From: Candidatus Latescibacterota bacterium
GTDB lineage: Bacteria; Latescibacterota; UBA2968; UBA8231
Direction of reading: 5' to 3'
NCBI GenBank assembly: GCA_965206595.1
Contig: OZ242214.1
Location: forward strand, 5,440,001-5,504,000
Length of the DNA stretch: 64,000 nucleotides
The notes under the pieces: model-generated
Databases searched by the model: none
What the model was told of the DNA's origin: nothing
The model's input: the letters and a program-made list of their open reading frames with translations, nothing else
Part shown: positions 32,412 through 42,083 of the stretch, piece by piece
How positions within the stretch are numbered: the stretch's first letter is position 1
Layout of the letters: every line of letters starts with the position of its first letter
Position numbers and translations under genes: made by a program

Positions 32412-33410
32412 TTACAGCGCTCCCTGGTGGCCGCGCAGGATCGCCTCGCACAGGCGCATCGTGTGCACGGCGTCCTCCAGCGTCGACCAGGGTTCCCTGT
32501 CGGCGAGGATGCAGTCGGCGAAGTGGGTGGTTTCGTTGAAGCCGGGTCCGACCACCGCCTCGACCTCCTCCATGGGCCCGCCCGTGAGCTGCCCATTCCC
32601 GGAGCGGGCCTCGTACAGCTCGATGCGGGGACCCCGCGTCATGTCGAGGTAGGCGGAAAAATCCTCGGCGTGGACCTCCGCGCGCTGAATGCGCAAGCCG
32701 ACGCCGTAATGGCTCATCATCACCCCGATGGCCCCGGTGTCGAAGTGGACGACGGCGTTGTGGCGGTCGCAGCCGTCGCGGGGGCCGTGGTTGGTCGAGG
32801 CGTGCACGGCGGTCGGAACCGCGGCGCTCTCCGGGGTGGCGCCGGCGAGCCAGCGGATCAGGTCGACGTGATGGATGGCGTCGCAGACCAGGGCCCGCGG
32901 GGTGGTCGCAGCCATGTCGCCGTAGCCGAGCCGGGTCACCGGCTTGTTGTAGGTTCCGGAGCAGTGAACGGCCCCGCCCCGTTCTTGAACCAGACGGCGC
33001 ACGGCGAGCACCTCGGGGAAATAGCGGCGGTTGAAGGAGACGATCGCCTTGCCGCTGGAGGCCCGCGCCGCCGTGGCCATGGCCTCGGTTTCGGCGCTGC
33101 TCATGCCCGGGGATTTCTCCACGGAGACATGGAGGCCGCGTTCGAGGCAGTCGCTGACGATCGGCAGCAGGTGGCCCGGCATGGTGACGGCGTAGACGAC
33201 GTCGAGGTCGCACTCGTCGAGCATCCGCCGGTAGTCTGAAAAGGACGCTTCGGGACCGTGCTCTTCGTTGGCCCGGCGCAGCCGCTCGGGGTCGATCTCG
33301 GCGATCGCCTTCAGGTGCAGCCGCGGTTCGCCGCCGATCATGCGGAAGTGACTCTGGGCGTGGCCGCCGCAGCCGATCACCGCGGCATTCAAAAGAGAGG
33401 GGGATGGCAT
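32412..33410 (-). CDS. Gfo/Idh/MocA-family oxidoreductase
   Basis: AVIGCGGHA, HVSVEKSPG, FNRRY, DAIHHVD. Confidence 0.88.
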   Translation of the reverse strand: MPSPSLLNAAVIGCGGHAQSHFRMIGGEPRLHLKAIAEIDPERLRRANEEHGPEASFSDYRRMLDECDLDVVYAVTMPGHLLPIVSDCLERGLHVSVEKSPGMSSAETEAMATAARASSGKAIVSFNRRYFPEVLAVRRLVQERGGAVHCSGTYNKPVTRLGYGDMAATTPRALVCDAIHHVDLIRWLAGATPESAAVPTAVHASTNHGPRDGCDRHNAVVHFDTGAIGVMMSHYGVGLRIQRAEVHAEDFSAYLDMTRGPRIELYEARSGNGQLTGGPMEEVEAVVGPGFNETTHFADCILADREPWSTLEDAVHTMRLCEAILRGHQGAL

Positions 33411-33683
33411 GTTTTTCTTCTCGCTAAAAAGGGTCTTGAAAGGGTCTTGGAAGCCCGCTGTTCCCGGGCGTCCGGCAGGGCTTGGCTTCGGGAGTCGGCC
33501 GTGGCAGGGGGCCATGCCCGGCCAGAAGGCGCGGTTGGTGGTGGTCGATGAATGAACAGCATCTGGACGACGGCATATCTTAACGTATCCGGAAGGCCGG
33601 ACTCAAGAACGAAGCGGGTGCCCGGAAGGACTGCGATGCGCCCTCGACTGTTTTCAGGCTCTCGAAAGCGGAAAGGAAACACG

Positions 33684-34478
33684 GTGCTGAAAGCCGGGAT
33701 ATTTCTCGATATGGACAACCTGAGCCGCTGCGGCGGCTACGCCCTCCAGTTTCGCCAGGTCAAGGCCCTGGTGGAGGGTCAGGGGGGGCTGGTTCTGCGG
33801 GCGAACGCCTACATGGCGATCAACAGCGAGCGCGAAAGCGCGGACCTGGAGTACCAGCAGAAAAGAGAGGATTACCGCACCTGGATGCGGCGGGAAGGGT
33901 ATCACCTGGTGCTCAAGGAGATGAAGCAGTACCGCGATCCGGAGGGCCAGGTCATCGTCAAAGCGAACGCCGATCTCGAGCTGGCCATAGACGCCCTGCT
34001 GCAATCGGCCAACCTCGACTACGTGCTTCTGGGCAGCGGCGACGGCGACTTCGTGCGCCTGGTGCGGGCCTTGCAAAACAGGGGCAAACGGGTCGATCTG
34101 CTGTCGTTCATGAACACCAGCAAGGAGCTGCGCCAGGAAGTGGACAACCATTTCTCGGGCTACCTGGTGCCCGGCATCCTGCCCGATGAACGCGGCGCGG
34201 CCGGGCGCATCAGGGGGATCCTGCACGCGGTCAACGAGGAGAAGGGGTACGGCTTCCTTACGGTTCGGATCGGCATGGAGCTCGACAGCGTGCGCGAGGA
34301 CATCTTCCTGCACATCTCCGACCTGCAGACCGTGAAGGGCGGCGCCGTGACCAACGCCCTGTTCGCCCAGTTCAAGACGCGGGGTACCATCATCGAGTTC
34401 GAGCTGACCGAAGAGGACGGCAGGGCCAAGGCGGTCAAGGCGGTGGAGTTTCTGCCCGAGCTGTGGGGGACGAACTGA
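33684..34478 (+). CDS. NYN/LabA (PIN-fold) protein with C-terminal cold-shock OB domain
   Basis: GIFLDMDN, KANADLELAID, LGSGDGDFVRLV..LQNRGKRV; C-terminal KGYGFL...DIFLHIS (RNP1/RNP2-like). Confidence 0.88.
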   Translation: MLKAGIFLDMDNLSRCGGYALQFRQVKALVEGQGGLVLRANAYMAINSERESADLEYQQKREDYRTWMRREGYHLVLKEMKQYRDPEGQVIVKANADLELAIDALLQSANLDYVLLGSGDGDFVRLVRALQNRGKRVDLLSFMNTSKELRQEVDNHFSGYLVPGILPDERGAAGRIRGILHAVNEEKGYGFLTVRIGMELDSVREDIFLHISDLQTVKGGAVTNALFAQFKTRGTIIEFELTEEDGRAKAVKAVEFLPELWGTN

Positions 34479-34499
34479 GATACGGGACTGGGAAGACCC

Positions 34500-34900
34500 A
34501 TATGCTGCTACGGGAACGAAAGGGCGGTCACTGGGAAGGATTTTTAGCGCCATCGTACGACCACGCTTCATCATTGGGGCGTGAGCTTCAGGATACGCGG
34601 CGCCATAAGCTGATGAAAGAAAACCGGATCGGGGACTATGCCGAAAAAGGACGCGGCGCGATTTACTGGTCGGAGGAAGATCCGCACGGTCCCAGTCCCT
34701 TGGAGTTGGTACGACGGGCTGCTCGCAGCTATCCGAATCTATTCCTTCCCGCCCTGGGAAAAGTTGCAAAATTGGGGAAGGGATCCCTGGACGACCTGGT
34801 AAACCGCGTGCCCAGTGGCTGGATGTCTGCATCAGCCAAGGATTTTGCGGTTTCTTTGATGCACTACAAATTTGAGCAGTTACAGGAGTTAATTCCATGA
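34500..34900 (+). pseudogene. HipA-like kinase, C-terminal fragment
   Basis: FLAPSYDHASSLGREL motif plus C-terminal helices; the ATP-binding lobe and DRH motif are missing. Confidence 0.65.
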
Positions 34901-35469
34901 GCGAGAGGACCTTGTTTTTGGCTTGGCAGGACAACCAGTTGAGCAGGGCATGGTTTCCGGTGGGGCGGCTGGATGCCGACGTTGAACGTCCTCTGTATCG
35001 CTTCCGCTACATCGGTGGCGCGGAGAAAGCGCAACAGCAGGTAGGGTTTCCTCTGCTGATCGAGTTTCCCGAATTGAAAGAGGACTATCAATCTTCGGAG
35101 CTGTTTCCCCTGTTCCGGAATCGGGTTATGAATCGGGCGAGGCCGGACTTGGACAAATATTTGCGCAGTCTTGATCTGACCTCGGAAGCTGACCCTATTG
35201 AGATCTTGTCGGCAAACGGAGGCCGTCGGGTGACGGACGCTTACGAAGTCTTCCCGAAACTCGACAAGCAGGCAGATGGAAGCTTCACTTGCCGGTTTTT
35301 TCTGCACGGCTGGCGACATACCAACAAAGCCGCCAAGGATCGAATCAGCTCCCTGAAGCCAGGAGAAGAACTGTACGTCACCCTGGAGCTGACCAATCCG
35401 GCGACCGTCATGGCCTGGAACCTGCACGAACCAATGAGCAATGCTGATTTCCAGCCTTTGGTCCCTTGA
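34897..35469 (+). pseudogene. HipS-like/HIRAN-domain protein, probably truncated near 35410
   Basis: LFLAWQD..RAWFPVGRL, ELFPLFRNRVM...RPD, GGRRVTD.YEVFP, FFLHGWRH, LKPGEEL...ELTNP, after which the sequence is unrelated. Confidence 0.65.
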
Positions 35470-35718
35470 TGGGAGCTGCGCGGCTGGTTTGTCCTCGCCG
35501 GAAGCAGGTGTTCTCCGGTAGACAGTAGATACAGACCTGTCGTCAGTCCGGGGAACGTGCACTCTCTCCTTGCGATCCGCCGCCTTAGCAGGCTGGTCTC
35601 TGTTGCAAAGCCCTCCGAGCATGGCGTCCGGGTCGAGTTGACGGTCCTGTCGTCCATCGCACCTTGCTGATCCCGTTTTTGATCAGTTCCTGCCCCAATC
35701 GGCCTCCCCGCACCCGGC

Positions 35719-35796
35719 TATTCAACAAATCGGTTGACAACCATTTCGTCGAACCCGATGTTATTCAACAAATCGGTTGACAACTATTCTGTTGAA
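35719..35796. repeat. Two imperfect 35-bp direct repeats (43-bp period), each with two CAAC-N6-GTTG palindromes; probable operator array
   Basis: TATTCAACAAATCGGTTGACAACCATTTCGTCGAA (35719-35753) and TATTCAACAAATCGGTTGACAACTATTCTGTTGAA (35762-35796). Confidence 0.85.
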
Positions 35797-35809
35797 TGAG
35801 TGAAAAGCC

Positions 35810-37060
35810 ATGAGATCATCGACCGGCCGCTGGGTAAGGGGCGGGGATTTTTTCGACCGCGAGTCCGAGTTGCAGGTACTGGAGACGCGGATTCGGGACG
35901 GCAACCACATGCTCCTGACGGGACAGCGGCGCATGGGCAAGACCAGTATTGCCCGGGAGCTGGGGCGCCGGCTCGAGGCAGAAGGTTGGGTCTTCCTTTT
36001 CGCTGATGTCGAGGGAGCGACCTGCGCGGAGGACGCGATCGCGGATATCGCACGGGCCGTGCATCCGGTTCGCCCGATCATGTCGCGGGTTGCGCGTGCT
36101 GGTACCGCGATGAAACGCTTGTTCGGCAGTGTCGAGGAAATCGGCGCCCACGAGTTTCGGGTGAAGTTCCGTGCCGATCTGAATGCCGGAAACTGGCGAC
36201 ACCAAGGGGAGCAATTGCTCCGTGCATGCGCCGGGCAGGACAAGCCGGTGCTCCTCGTCATCGACGAGCTGCCGATATTCCTCAAGCGTGTGCTTCGCGG
36301 TGAAGATGGCGTCCACCGGGTCGACGAGTTCCTGAGCTGGTTGCGCGGTGTTCTTCAGGCTCTCGGAGGCGGCTCCCCGGTCCTCATCGTTTCCGGCAGC
36401 ATCGGGCTCGCACCTCTCGTAAAGCGGCTGGGCATACCCGACCGCATCAATCATCTCGAACCATTCCGTTTGGGGCCGTGGGACCGGGATACCAGTGTCG
36501 AGTGTTTCCAACGTCTTGCGGAGAGCTGCGGACTGCGGGTCGAGGACGGCGTGGCAAACGCGGTGTACGAGGCGCTGGGCGTCGGCATTCCCCACCTTGT
36601 GCAGTCCTTCTTCGCACGGTTGCGGGACCACGCCACCATGGAGGGGCGGGACCGAGTGATGGTGGAGGATGTGGAGGAGGTCTATCGCACGGAGCTTCTC
36701 GGCCCTTCGGGCCAGAACGATCTCGTCCACTACGAGACGCGGCTCAAGGAGGCCCTGGAAGATGAGAGCCACACCATCGCCATGGAGATCCTCGCCGAGG
36801 CAGCTACCCAGGCGGTATTCACATCAAGCGCTCGGCGTAGCCTCGAAAAGCTCTACTCCCCGGTGGTCGACGATGCGCCCGGCCGTATTGCGGACACCCT
36901 CGAGATCCTGATGCACGACGGTTATCTCGAAGCCGGCGAGGATGGCCATCGCTTCCCGTCCCGCTTGCTCAAGGACTGGTGGTCGGCTCGCTTCCGCGAC
37001 CACCACAGACCCCTCGAAGGCCGCCGTTCCGGAGGCGAATCGCCGGGGGAAGTGCAATGA
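35810..37060 (+). CDS. P-loop ATPase (AAA/STAND-like, archaeal-ATPase type)
   Basis: FFDRESEL, Walker A GQRRMGKTS, Walker B LLVIDELP, VSGS, GIPHLVQ, C-terminal wHTH-like LEILMHDGYL. Confidence 0.88.
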   Translation: MRSSTGRWVRGGDFFDRESELQVLETRIRDGNHMLLTGQRRMGKTSIARELGRRLEAEGWVFLFADVEGATCAEDAIADIARAVHPVRPIMSRVARAGTAMKRLFGSVEEIGAHEFRVKFRADLNAGNWRHQGEQLLRACAGQDKPVLLVIDELPIFLKRVLRGEDGVHRVDEFLSWLRGVLQALGGGSPVLIVSGSIGLAPLVKRLGIPDRINHLEPFRLGPWDRDTSVECFQRLAESCGLRVEDGVANAVYEALGVGIPHLVQSFFARLRDHATMEGRDRVMVEDVEEVYRTELLGPSGQNDLVHYETRLKEALEDESHTIAMEILAEAATQAVFTSSARRSLEKLYSPVVDDAPGRIADTLEILMHDGYLEAGEDGHRFPSRLLKDWWSARFRDHHRPLEGRRSGGESPGEVQ

Positions 37061-40000
37061 CCATAGGCGATCGGCGGATTCGCAAGTTCAATCCGGGGAC
37101 GTTCCAGTCCGACGAGGAGGTGATCGAGCAGTTCGTGGTCAGGGAACGCGAACTCGATATCGTGCTGGAGGTTCTCCGTGGGAACACCGATTCACCATCG
37201 TGCCAGCACGTTCTGGTCGTCGCCCCTCGCGGGCGGGGAAAGACCATGCTGCTGGCTCGGGTTGCGGCGCAGGTGAATACCGACGACCACCTCTCCGAGA
37301 GTCTTTTGCCGGTCCGGTTCATGGAGGAGAGCCACGAGATATTCAATCTCGCCGATTTCTGGCTCGACACCTTGCTCTACCTTGCGCGTGAGAGCGCCAG
37401 GCACGATTCCGGGCTCGCTGAGGAGTTGCGGCAAACGCACGACGACCTGGCCAATCGCTGGCACGAGGAGTCACTCGCGGATCGCGCCCATGCGGCTGTC
37501 CTGGAAGCGGCGGACCGGCTGGGCAAGAAACTCCTCCTCATGGTCGAGAACCTGCAGGCGCTGTGCGGAAACGTGGACAAAGATTTCGGTTGGAAGCTGC
37601 GCGCGGTGCTGCAATCGGAACCCCAGATCATGCTGGTCGCCACCGCCACGAGCCGTTTCGAAGGTCTGGACGACGCGGAGCAGCCGTTCTTCGAACTGTT
37701 CCGCATCGTCGCTCTGGAACCGCTGGCCACGGAAGAGTGCCGTCGTCTGTGGCAGGTCGTCAGCGGGGATGAGGTTAGCAAGCGGGAGATCAGGCCGCTC
37801 GAGATCCTGACCGGCGGCAGCCCCCGCCTCCTGGTCATCGTCGCCGCGTTCGCGCAGCACCGCTCCTTGCGCCAGTTGATGGAAGAGTTGGTGGAGTTGA
37901 TTGACGAGCACACCGAATACTTCCGCGGTCACCTCGAGGTACTGGCCAAGGGGGAACGCCGCGTGTATATCGCGGTGATCGACCTGTGGCGACCGTCGCG
38001 CACGGGCGAGATCGCGGCGCGGGCGCGAATGGACGTCCGAACCGTATCGACCCTGCTCGGGCGGCTCGTCATACGGGGTGCGGTCATCGTTGAGGGGAGC
38101 GGCAAGAAGCGGATGTACGCCGCTGCGGAGCGCCTCTACAGCATCTACTACAAGCTGCGGCGCGAGCGGGACGAGGCGGCCATAGTTGCAAACCTGATCC
38201 ATTTCCTAGTGGCGTTCTACGAGATAGGCGAATTGTACCAGATGTCCGAAAAGCTGATTACGGAAGCGGAGGAGTCGAAGGTCATTCGCGAGGGAATCGA
38301 GCGAGCGGTAGCAGAAACCCCTCAAATTGCGAATGCTTTCTCGAAGGAGGCGTTGTCAAGTATCGGTCACGATATCGCCCCGGTCGGGGAGATTAGCGGA
38401 AAAGTAAGAAGACTGCTGACAGAGATTGTAGATGCGTTAGAGGCTGATGCATTCGAAAAAGCAGTTGAGTTAGTTGATCGAGCAATCATTTGGAGAAAAA
38501 CAAGTGTTGTAGAACTCTCGGAGCCAGGTATAGCTGCCCTTCTTGTTGTGAAAGGGATTGCCCAACAGTCTCGCGGAAACTTTGAAGCGGCGATTGCTAC
38601 TTACGAGAAAATTGTCGAGCACTACGGCGCTAAGGAAGATCCACAGATCCAAGGTTCTATTGCGGTTGCGCTGGTCAACAAAGGATGTGTGTTAGGCAAG
38701 CTTGGGGAATTAGATGGTTCGATTTCGACTTTTGAGGAAGTGGTCGCGCGTTTTAGCACCAATTGCCAACCAGACCTCCAATCGAGGGTGGTCGGGGCGC
38801 AGTTAAAAAAAGGAAATACACTAGAAAAATTAACCAAATTTCCTGAGGCAATCGCTACCTACGACGAGGTAATCGAAAGATTCGGTGACAGTAAGGCACC
38901 ACACCTTCAGATTCCCATCGCCAGGGCCTTATCTGCGAAAATAGATTTGAAAAGACAACTCGGTGAATATGCGGCGGCAATCGATGCTTGCGAGGAGCTT
39001 GTCGCACGCCATGGTACCGATAGCGCATCAGACCTCCAGGTTCTCGTTGCCTACGCGTTGTCTAGAAAGGGAGAAATGCTGAGAAAACGCGACGAATTGG
39101 ATAAGGCAATTGCGACCTACGACGAGGTAGTCGAACGTTTTGGGATCAGCGGTGCACCAGAGCTGCAGCTTCCGGTTGCTTCAGCGCTGGATATAAAGGG
39201 AGACATTCAAAGGCTGCAAAAAAATTTCCTTGGCGCGATGACGTCCTACAACAAAGTAGTCGTTCTTTATGGGGACAGCGATGCACCGGAACTCCAGATT
39301 TCTATCGCCGGGGCCCTGTCCAAAAAGGGAGATACACTCAGGCAAGAAGGTGACTTTGCGGACGCAATTTCGGTTTACGAGGAAGTGGTCGCCCGGTATG
39401 GGGACAGCGAAGTGCCAGAACTTCAAGTGAATGTCGCTTGGGCCTTGGTGTACAAAGGAGATGCGCAGAGACTACAAGGCGATCCCATTCTTGCGATAAC
39501 GACTAATGACGAGCTAGTCGCACGCTTCGGCGCTAGCGATCTATCGGATCTTCAGCTGCTTATAGCCTGGGCCTTGTTCAACAAAGGTGATACACGGATA
39601 CAGCTCGGGGATTTTCCAGGAGCAATTGCGGCTTGTGACGAGATAATCGATCGTTTCGGGTCTAGTGACGTACCAACGCTTCAGTATCCAATCAGGTTGG
39701 CGTTGTCCCTGAAAAGTATGCGGCAAATCAAGATTGGCCGTGCCCGAGAAGCTCTAAATACCTGTGGGGAGCTTGAACTAAGACTCCGCGCCTTGAGCGA
39801 GAACGAGAAGAACGAGTTCACATGGAGAACGGCGTGTGTGGGGGCGCTGGCGTTGATGGTCCAGAAAAACCCTCGGGCCGCTATGGAAACGTTCCGCTCT
39901 GCTTATTCTGTCTTCGTACCTAGCGACAAAACGATGATGCACGAGATGCTAAGGATTGTGCCTGACCTGATCGCAAGCGGTGCCTCGGCGCATGACCTTG

Positions 40001-40176
40001 TCGAGATCCTGTCGGGCGACGGGAACAAATCCGGCGCATTGGTTCCCCTGGTCGTCGCCCTCCGCCAGCATGTGGGCGAAGCGGTTCCCGCGCCTGCGGA
40101 AGTGCTGGAGGTCGCCGCGGATATCCGCAAGCGCATCGAGGCAACAGCGGCTAAAGCTGTTTCCGTGGCACACTGA
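37057..40176 (+). CDS. STAND-like ATPase-wHTH-TPR protein (~1039 aa)
   Basis: ATGA overlap with the upstream ATPase; FVVREREL, APRGRGKT, Walker B variant LMVEN, TGGSPRL, HTH TGEIAARARMDVRTVSTLLGRLV, about ten 43-aa repeats. Confidence 0.88.
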   Translation: MTIGDRRIRKFNPGTFQSDEEVIEQFVVRERELDIVLEVLRGNTDSPSCQHVLVVAPRGRGKTMLLARVAAQVNTDDHLSESLLPVRFMEESHEIFNLADFWLDTLLYLARESARHDSGLAEELRQTHDDLANRWHEESLADRAHAAVLEAADRLGKKLLLMVENLQALCGNVDKDFGWKLRAVLQSEPQIMLVATATSRFEGLDDAEQPFFELFRIVALEPLATEECRRLWQVVSGDEVSKREIRPLEILTGGSPRLLVIVAAFAQHRSLRQLMEELVELIDEHTEYFRGHLEVLAKGERRVYIAVIDLWRPSRTGEIAARARMDVRTVSTLLGRLVIRGAVIVEGSGKKRMYAAAERLYSIYYKLRRERDEAAIVANLIHFLVAFYEIGELYQMSEKLITEAEESKVIREGIERAVAETPQIANAFSKEALSSIGHDIAPVGEISGKVRRLLTEIVDALEADAFEKAVELVDRAIIWRKTSVVELSEPGIAALLVVKGIAQQSRGNFEAAIATYEKIVEHYGAKEDPQIQGSIAVALVNKGCVLGKLGELDGSISTFEEVVARFSTNCQPDLQSRVVGAQLKKGNTLEKLTKFPEAIATYDEVIERFGDSKAPHLQIPIARALSAKIDLKRQLGEYAAAIDACEELVARHGTDSASDLQVLVAYALSRKGEMLRKRDELDKAIATYDEVVERFGISGAPELQLPVASALDIKGDIQRLQKNFLGAMTSYNKVVVLYGDSDAPELQISIAGALSKKGDTLRQEGDFADAISVYEEVVARYGDSEVPELQVNVAWALVYKGDAQRLQGDPILAITTNDELVARFGASDLSDLQLLIAWALFNKGDTRIQLGDFPGAIAACDEIIDRFGSSDVPTLQYPIRLALSLKSMRQIKIGRAREALNTCGELELRLRALSENEKNEFTWRTACVGALALMVQKNPRAAMETFRSAYSVFVPSDKTMMHEMLRIVPDLIASGASAHDLVEILSGDGNKSGALVPLVVALRQHVGEAVPAPAEVLEVAADIRKRIEATAAKAVSVAH

Positions 40177-40268
40177 TCTGCGATTTCACAGGGGTCCTGA
40201 CTGGCCCTGTCTCATCGCCTGGTTCGACCTGGTGTCCTCCCGGGGGCCGAGCACTGCTTTCGTGAAAC

Positions 40269-42083
40269 TCAATCCAGGCGCCTGAAGCCTCCGTACCCGA
40301 ACCGGTCCTCCTCCCCCTCGACGCCCCCCTCGGGGAAGTACTCGTCCCAGCGGGAGGTAACCCGCCGCGTGACCTCCTCGTCGGCCGTCAGCTCGTCCGG
40401 GAAACCCGGCTTCAGCCGGCAATCGAAAACCACGGGAGCGGTGAAGCAGGGGTGGTGCCGGTGCAGGCGGACCTGGGCTGCGCAGATGTCGGCGGCCGGC
40501 TCGAAGCGGGTGAACGCCGTCCACAGAAAGCGGACGTTGCTGGCGGCGATCCCGGAGTCGTCGGCGAGGAAGATCAGCGGCCATTCCGAAACCGCGGGAT
40601 CGGCTGCCAGCCTTTGCCCGTAGTCCGGGTCGGCGGCATACCCGGGGCCGGCGACCACCAGGCATCCGGCGCAGTAAGGCCGGGCTTCCGCGGCCCCGGC
40701 AGGCAGCGGTCCGGTGAACTCGGCGGGGAGGGTGCGATGCGGCTCCCCGACGCCGAGCAGGATCCCCTTGCTGCCTTCGTTCACGGCCGGGCCGGAGTAG
40801 TCGAGGGTGTCCATGGCGAGGTTGGCGATGACGAACAGATCGGTCTCGAAGCGCGTCCGCGCCAGCACGTGCTCCAGCACCTGGCGGAAGTCCCGCAGCT
40901 CGACCCCGGCGCCGTCGAGCACGACCAGGAACTTGGTCAGCGCCAGCTGCCCGCCGTCCTCGCCGAAAATGCGGAAGGCGAACTTCATGGCCTCGCGGGG
41001 ATAGCGCTCTTCCACGCAGATGCTCGACAGGCAGTGGTACCCGGTCTCGCCGTAGCTCCAGATCCCCTTGATCGCCGGCATGACCAGGCTGGTCAGCGGC
41101 TCCATCAGTTTCTGGATGTAGTTGCCGAGGTAGAGGTCCTCCTGCGGCGGCTTGCCGACCACGGTGGCCGGGAAGACGGCGTCGCGCCGGTGGTAGACGT
41201 CCCTGACCTCGAGGACGGGGTAGTCGTGGCGCAGCGAGTAGTACCCGTAATGGTCGCCGAACGGCCCCTCGGGCAGGCGCCTGTGCGGCGGCACGCTGCC
41301 GGTGATGGCGAACTCCGCCTGGGCGAGCAGGGGCAGCGGACCGCCGGGGTCGCGCACCCGCTGGAGCTTGCTGCCCTGCAGCAGGGAGGCGAGCACCAGC
41401 TCCGGCATCCCCTCGGGCAGCGGCGCGATGGCGGCAAGGATCAGGGCCGGAGGCCCGCCGACGAAGATCGCCAGCGGCAGAGCCTCGCGGCGCTGCTCGG
41501 CGACGTGGTAGTGGAATCCGCCCCCCTTCTGGATCTGCCAGTGCACGCCGAGGGTGTGCGGATCGTGACGCTGGATGCGGTATATGCCGAGGTTGTGCTG
41601 GCCGCTGTCCGGGTGCTCGGTGTAGACGAGCGGCAGGGTGATGAAGTGGCCGCCGTCCTCCGGCCAGGTCTTGATAAGCGGCAGGCGCCGCAGGTCGGGG
41701 GAGGACTGCCGGCACTCGAGAACCGGGCCGCGGCGGACGGTGCGCAGCCCCAGCCGCATCCCTTCCCGCGCCAGCCCACGGTAGCCCCAGAGCTTGCGCG
41801 GCGCCAGCGAGGAGAGCTGGTGCGCCACCTCGACCAGCTCTTTAAGGAAGCGCTCCGGCCGCGGTCCGAACGCCAGGTCGACCCGGCGGGAGGTGCCGAA
41901 AAGGTTGGTGGCCGCGGGGAAGTCCGCCCCTTCGACGCGTTCGAACAGCAGCGCCGGTCCGCCCGCGGCGATGACGCGTCGGTGGATTTCGGCCAGCTCG
42001 AGATCGGAGTCGACCGGGGCTTTGACCCGCGCCAGTTCCCCTTCTTTTTCGAGCAGCTGGAGGAAGGATCGGAGGTTGTTCAC
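40269..42083 (-). CDS. ubiD: UbiD-family (prenyl-FMN) decarboxylase, long form
   Basis: GGPALLFERV, NLFGT, WPEDGG.FITLP, NLGIYR, EGPFGDHYGYY, VGKPPQED, DTLDYS. Confidence 0.9.
   Translation of the reverse strand: MNNLRSFLQLLEKEGELARVKAPVDSDLELAEIHRRVIAAGGPALLFERVEGADFPAATNLFGTSRRVDLAFGPRPERFLKELVEVAHQLSSLAPRKLWGYRGLAREGMRLGLRTVRRGPVLECRQSSPDLRRLPLIKTWPEDGGHFITLPLVYTEHPDSGQHNLGIYRIQRHDPHTLGVHWQIQKGGGFHYHVAEQRREALPLAIFVGGPPALILAAIAPLPEGMPELVLASLLQGSKLQRVRDPGGPLPLLAQAEFAITGSVPPHRRLPEGPFGDHYGYYSLRHDYPVLEVRDVYHRRDAVFPATVVGKPPQEDLYLGNYIQKLMEPLTSLVMPAIKGIWSYGETGYHCLSSICVEERYPREAMKFAFRIFGEDGGQLALTKFLVVLDGAGVELRDFRQVLEHVLARTRFETDLFVIANLAMDTLDYSGPAVNEGSKGILLGVGEPHRTLPAEFTGPLPAGAAEARPYCAGCLVVAGPGYAADPDYGQRLAADPAVSEWPLIFLADDSGIAASNVRFLWTAFTRFEPAADICAAQVRLHRHHPCFTAPVVFDCRLKPGFPDELTADEEVTRRVTSRWDEYFPEGGVEGEEDRFGYGGFRRLD

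Noticed and set aside
35719-35796. Direct repeats as a mini CRISPR array
   Set aside because: Only two units with an 8-nt gap, no spacer-length unique sequence and no cas genes; better explained as operators
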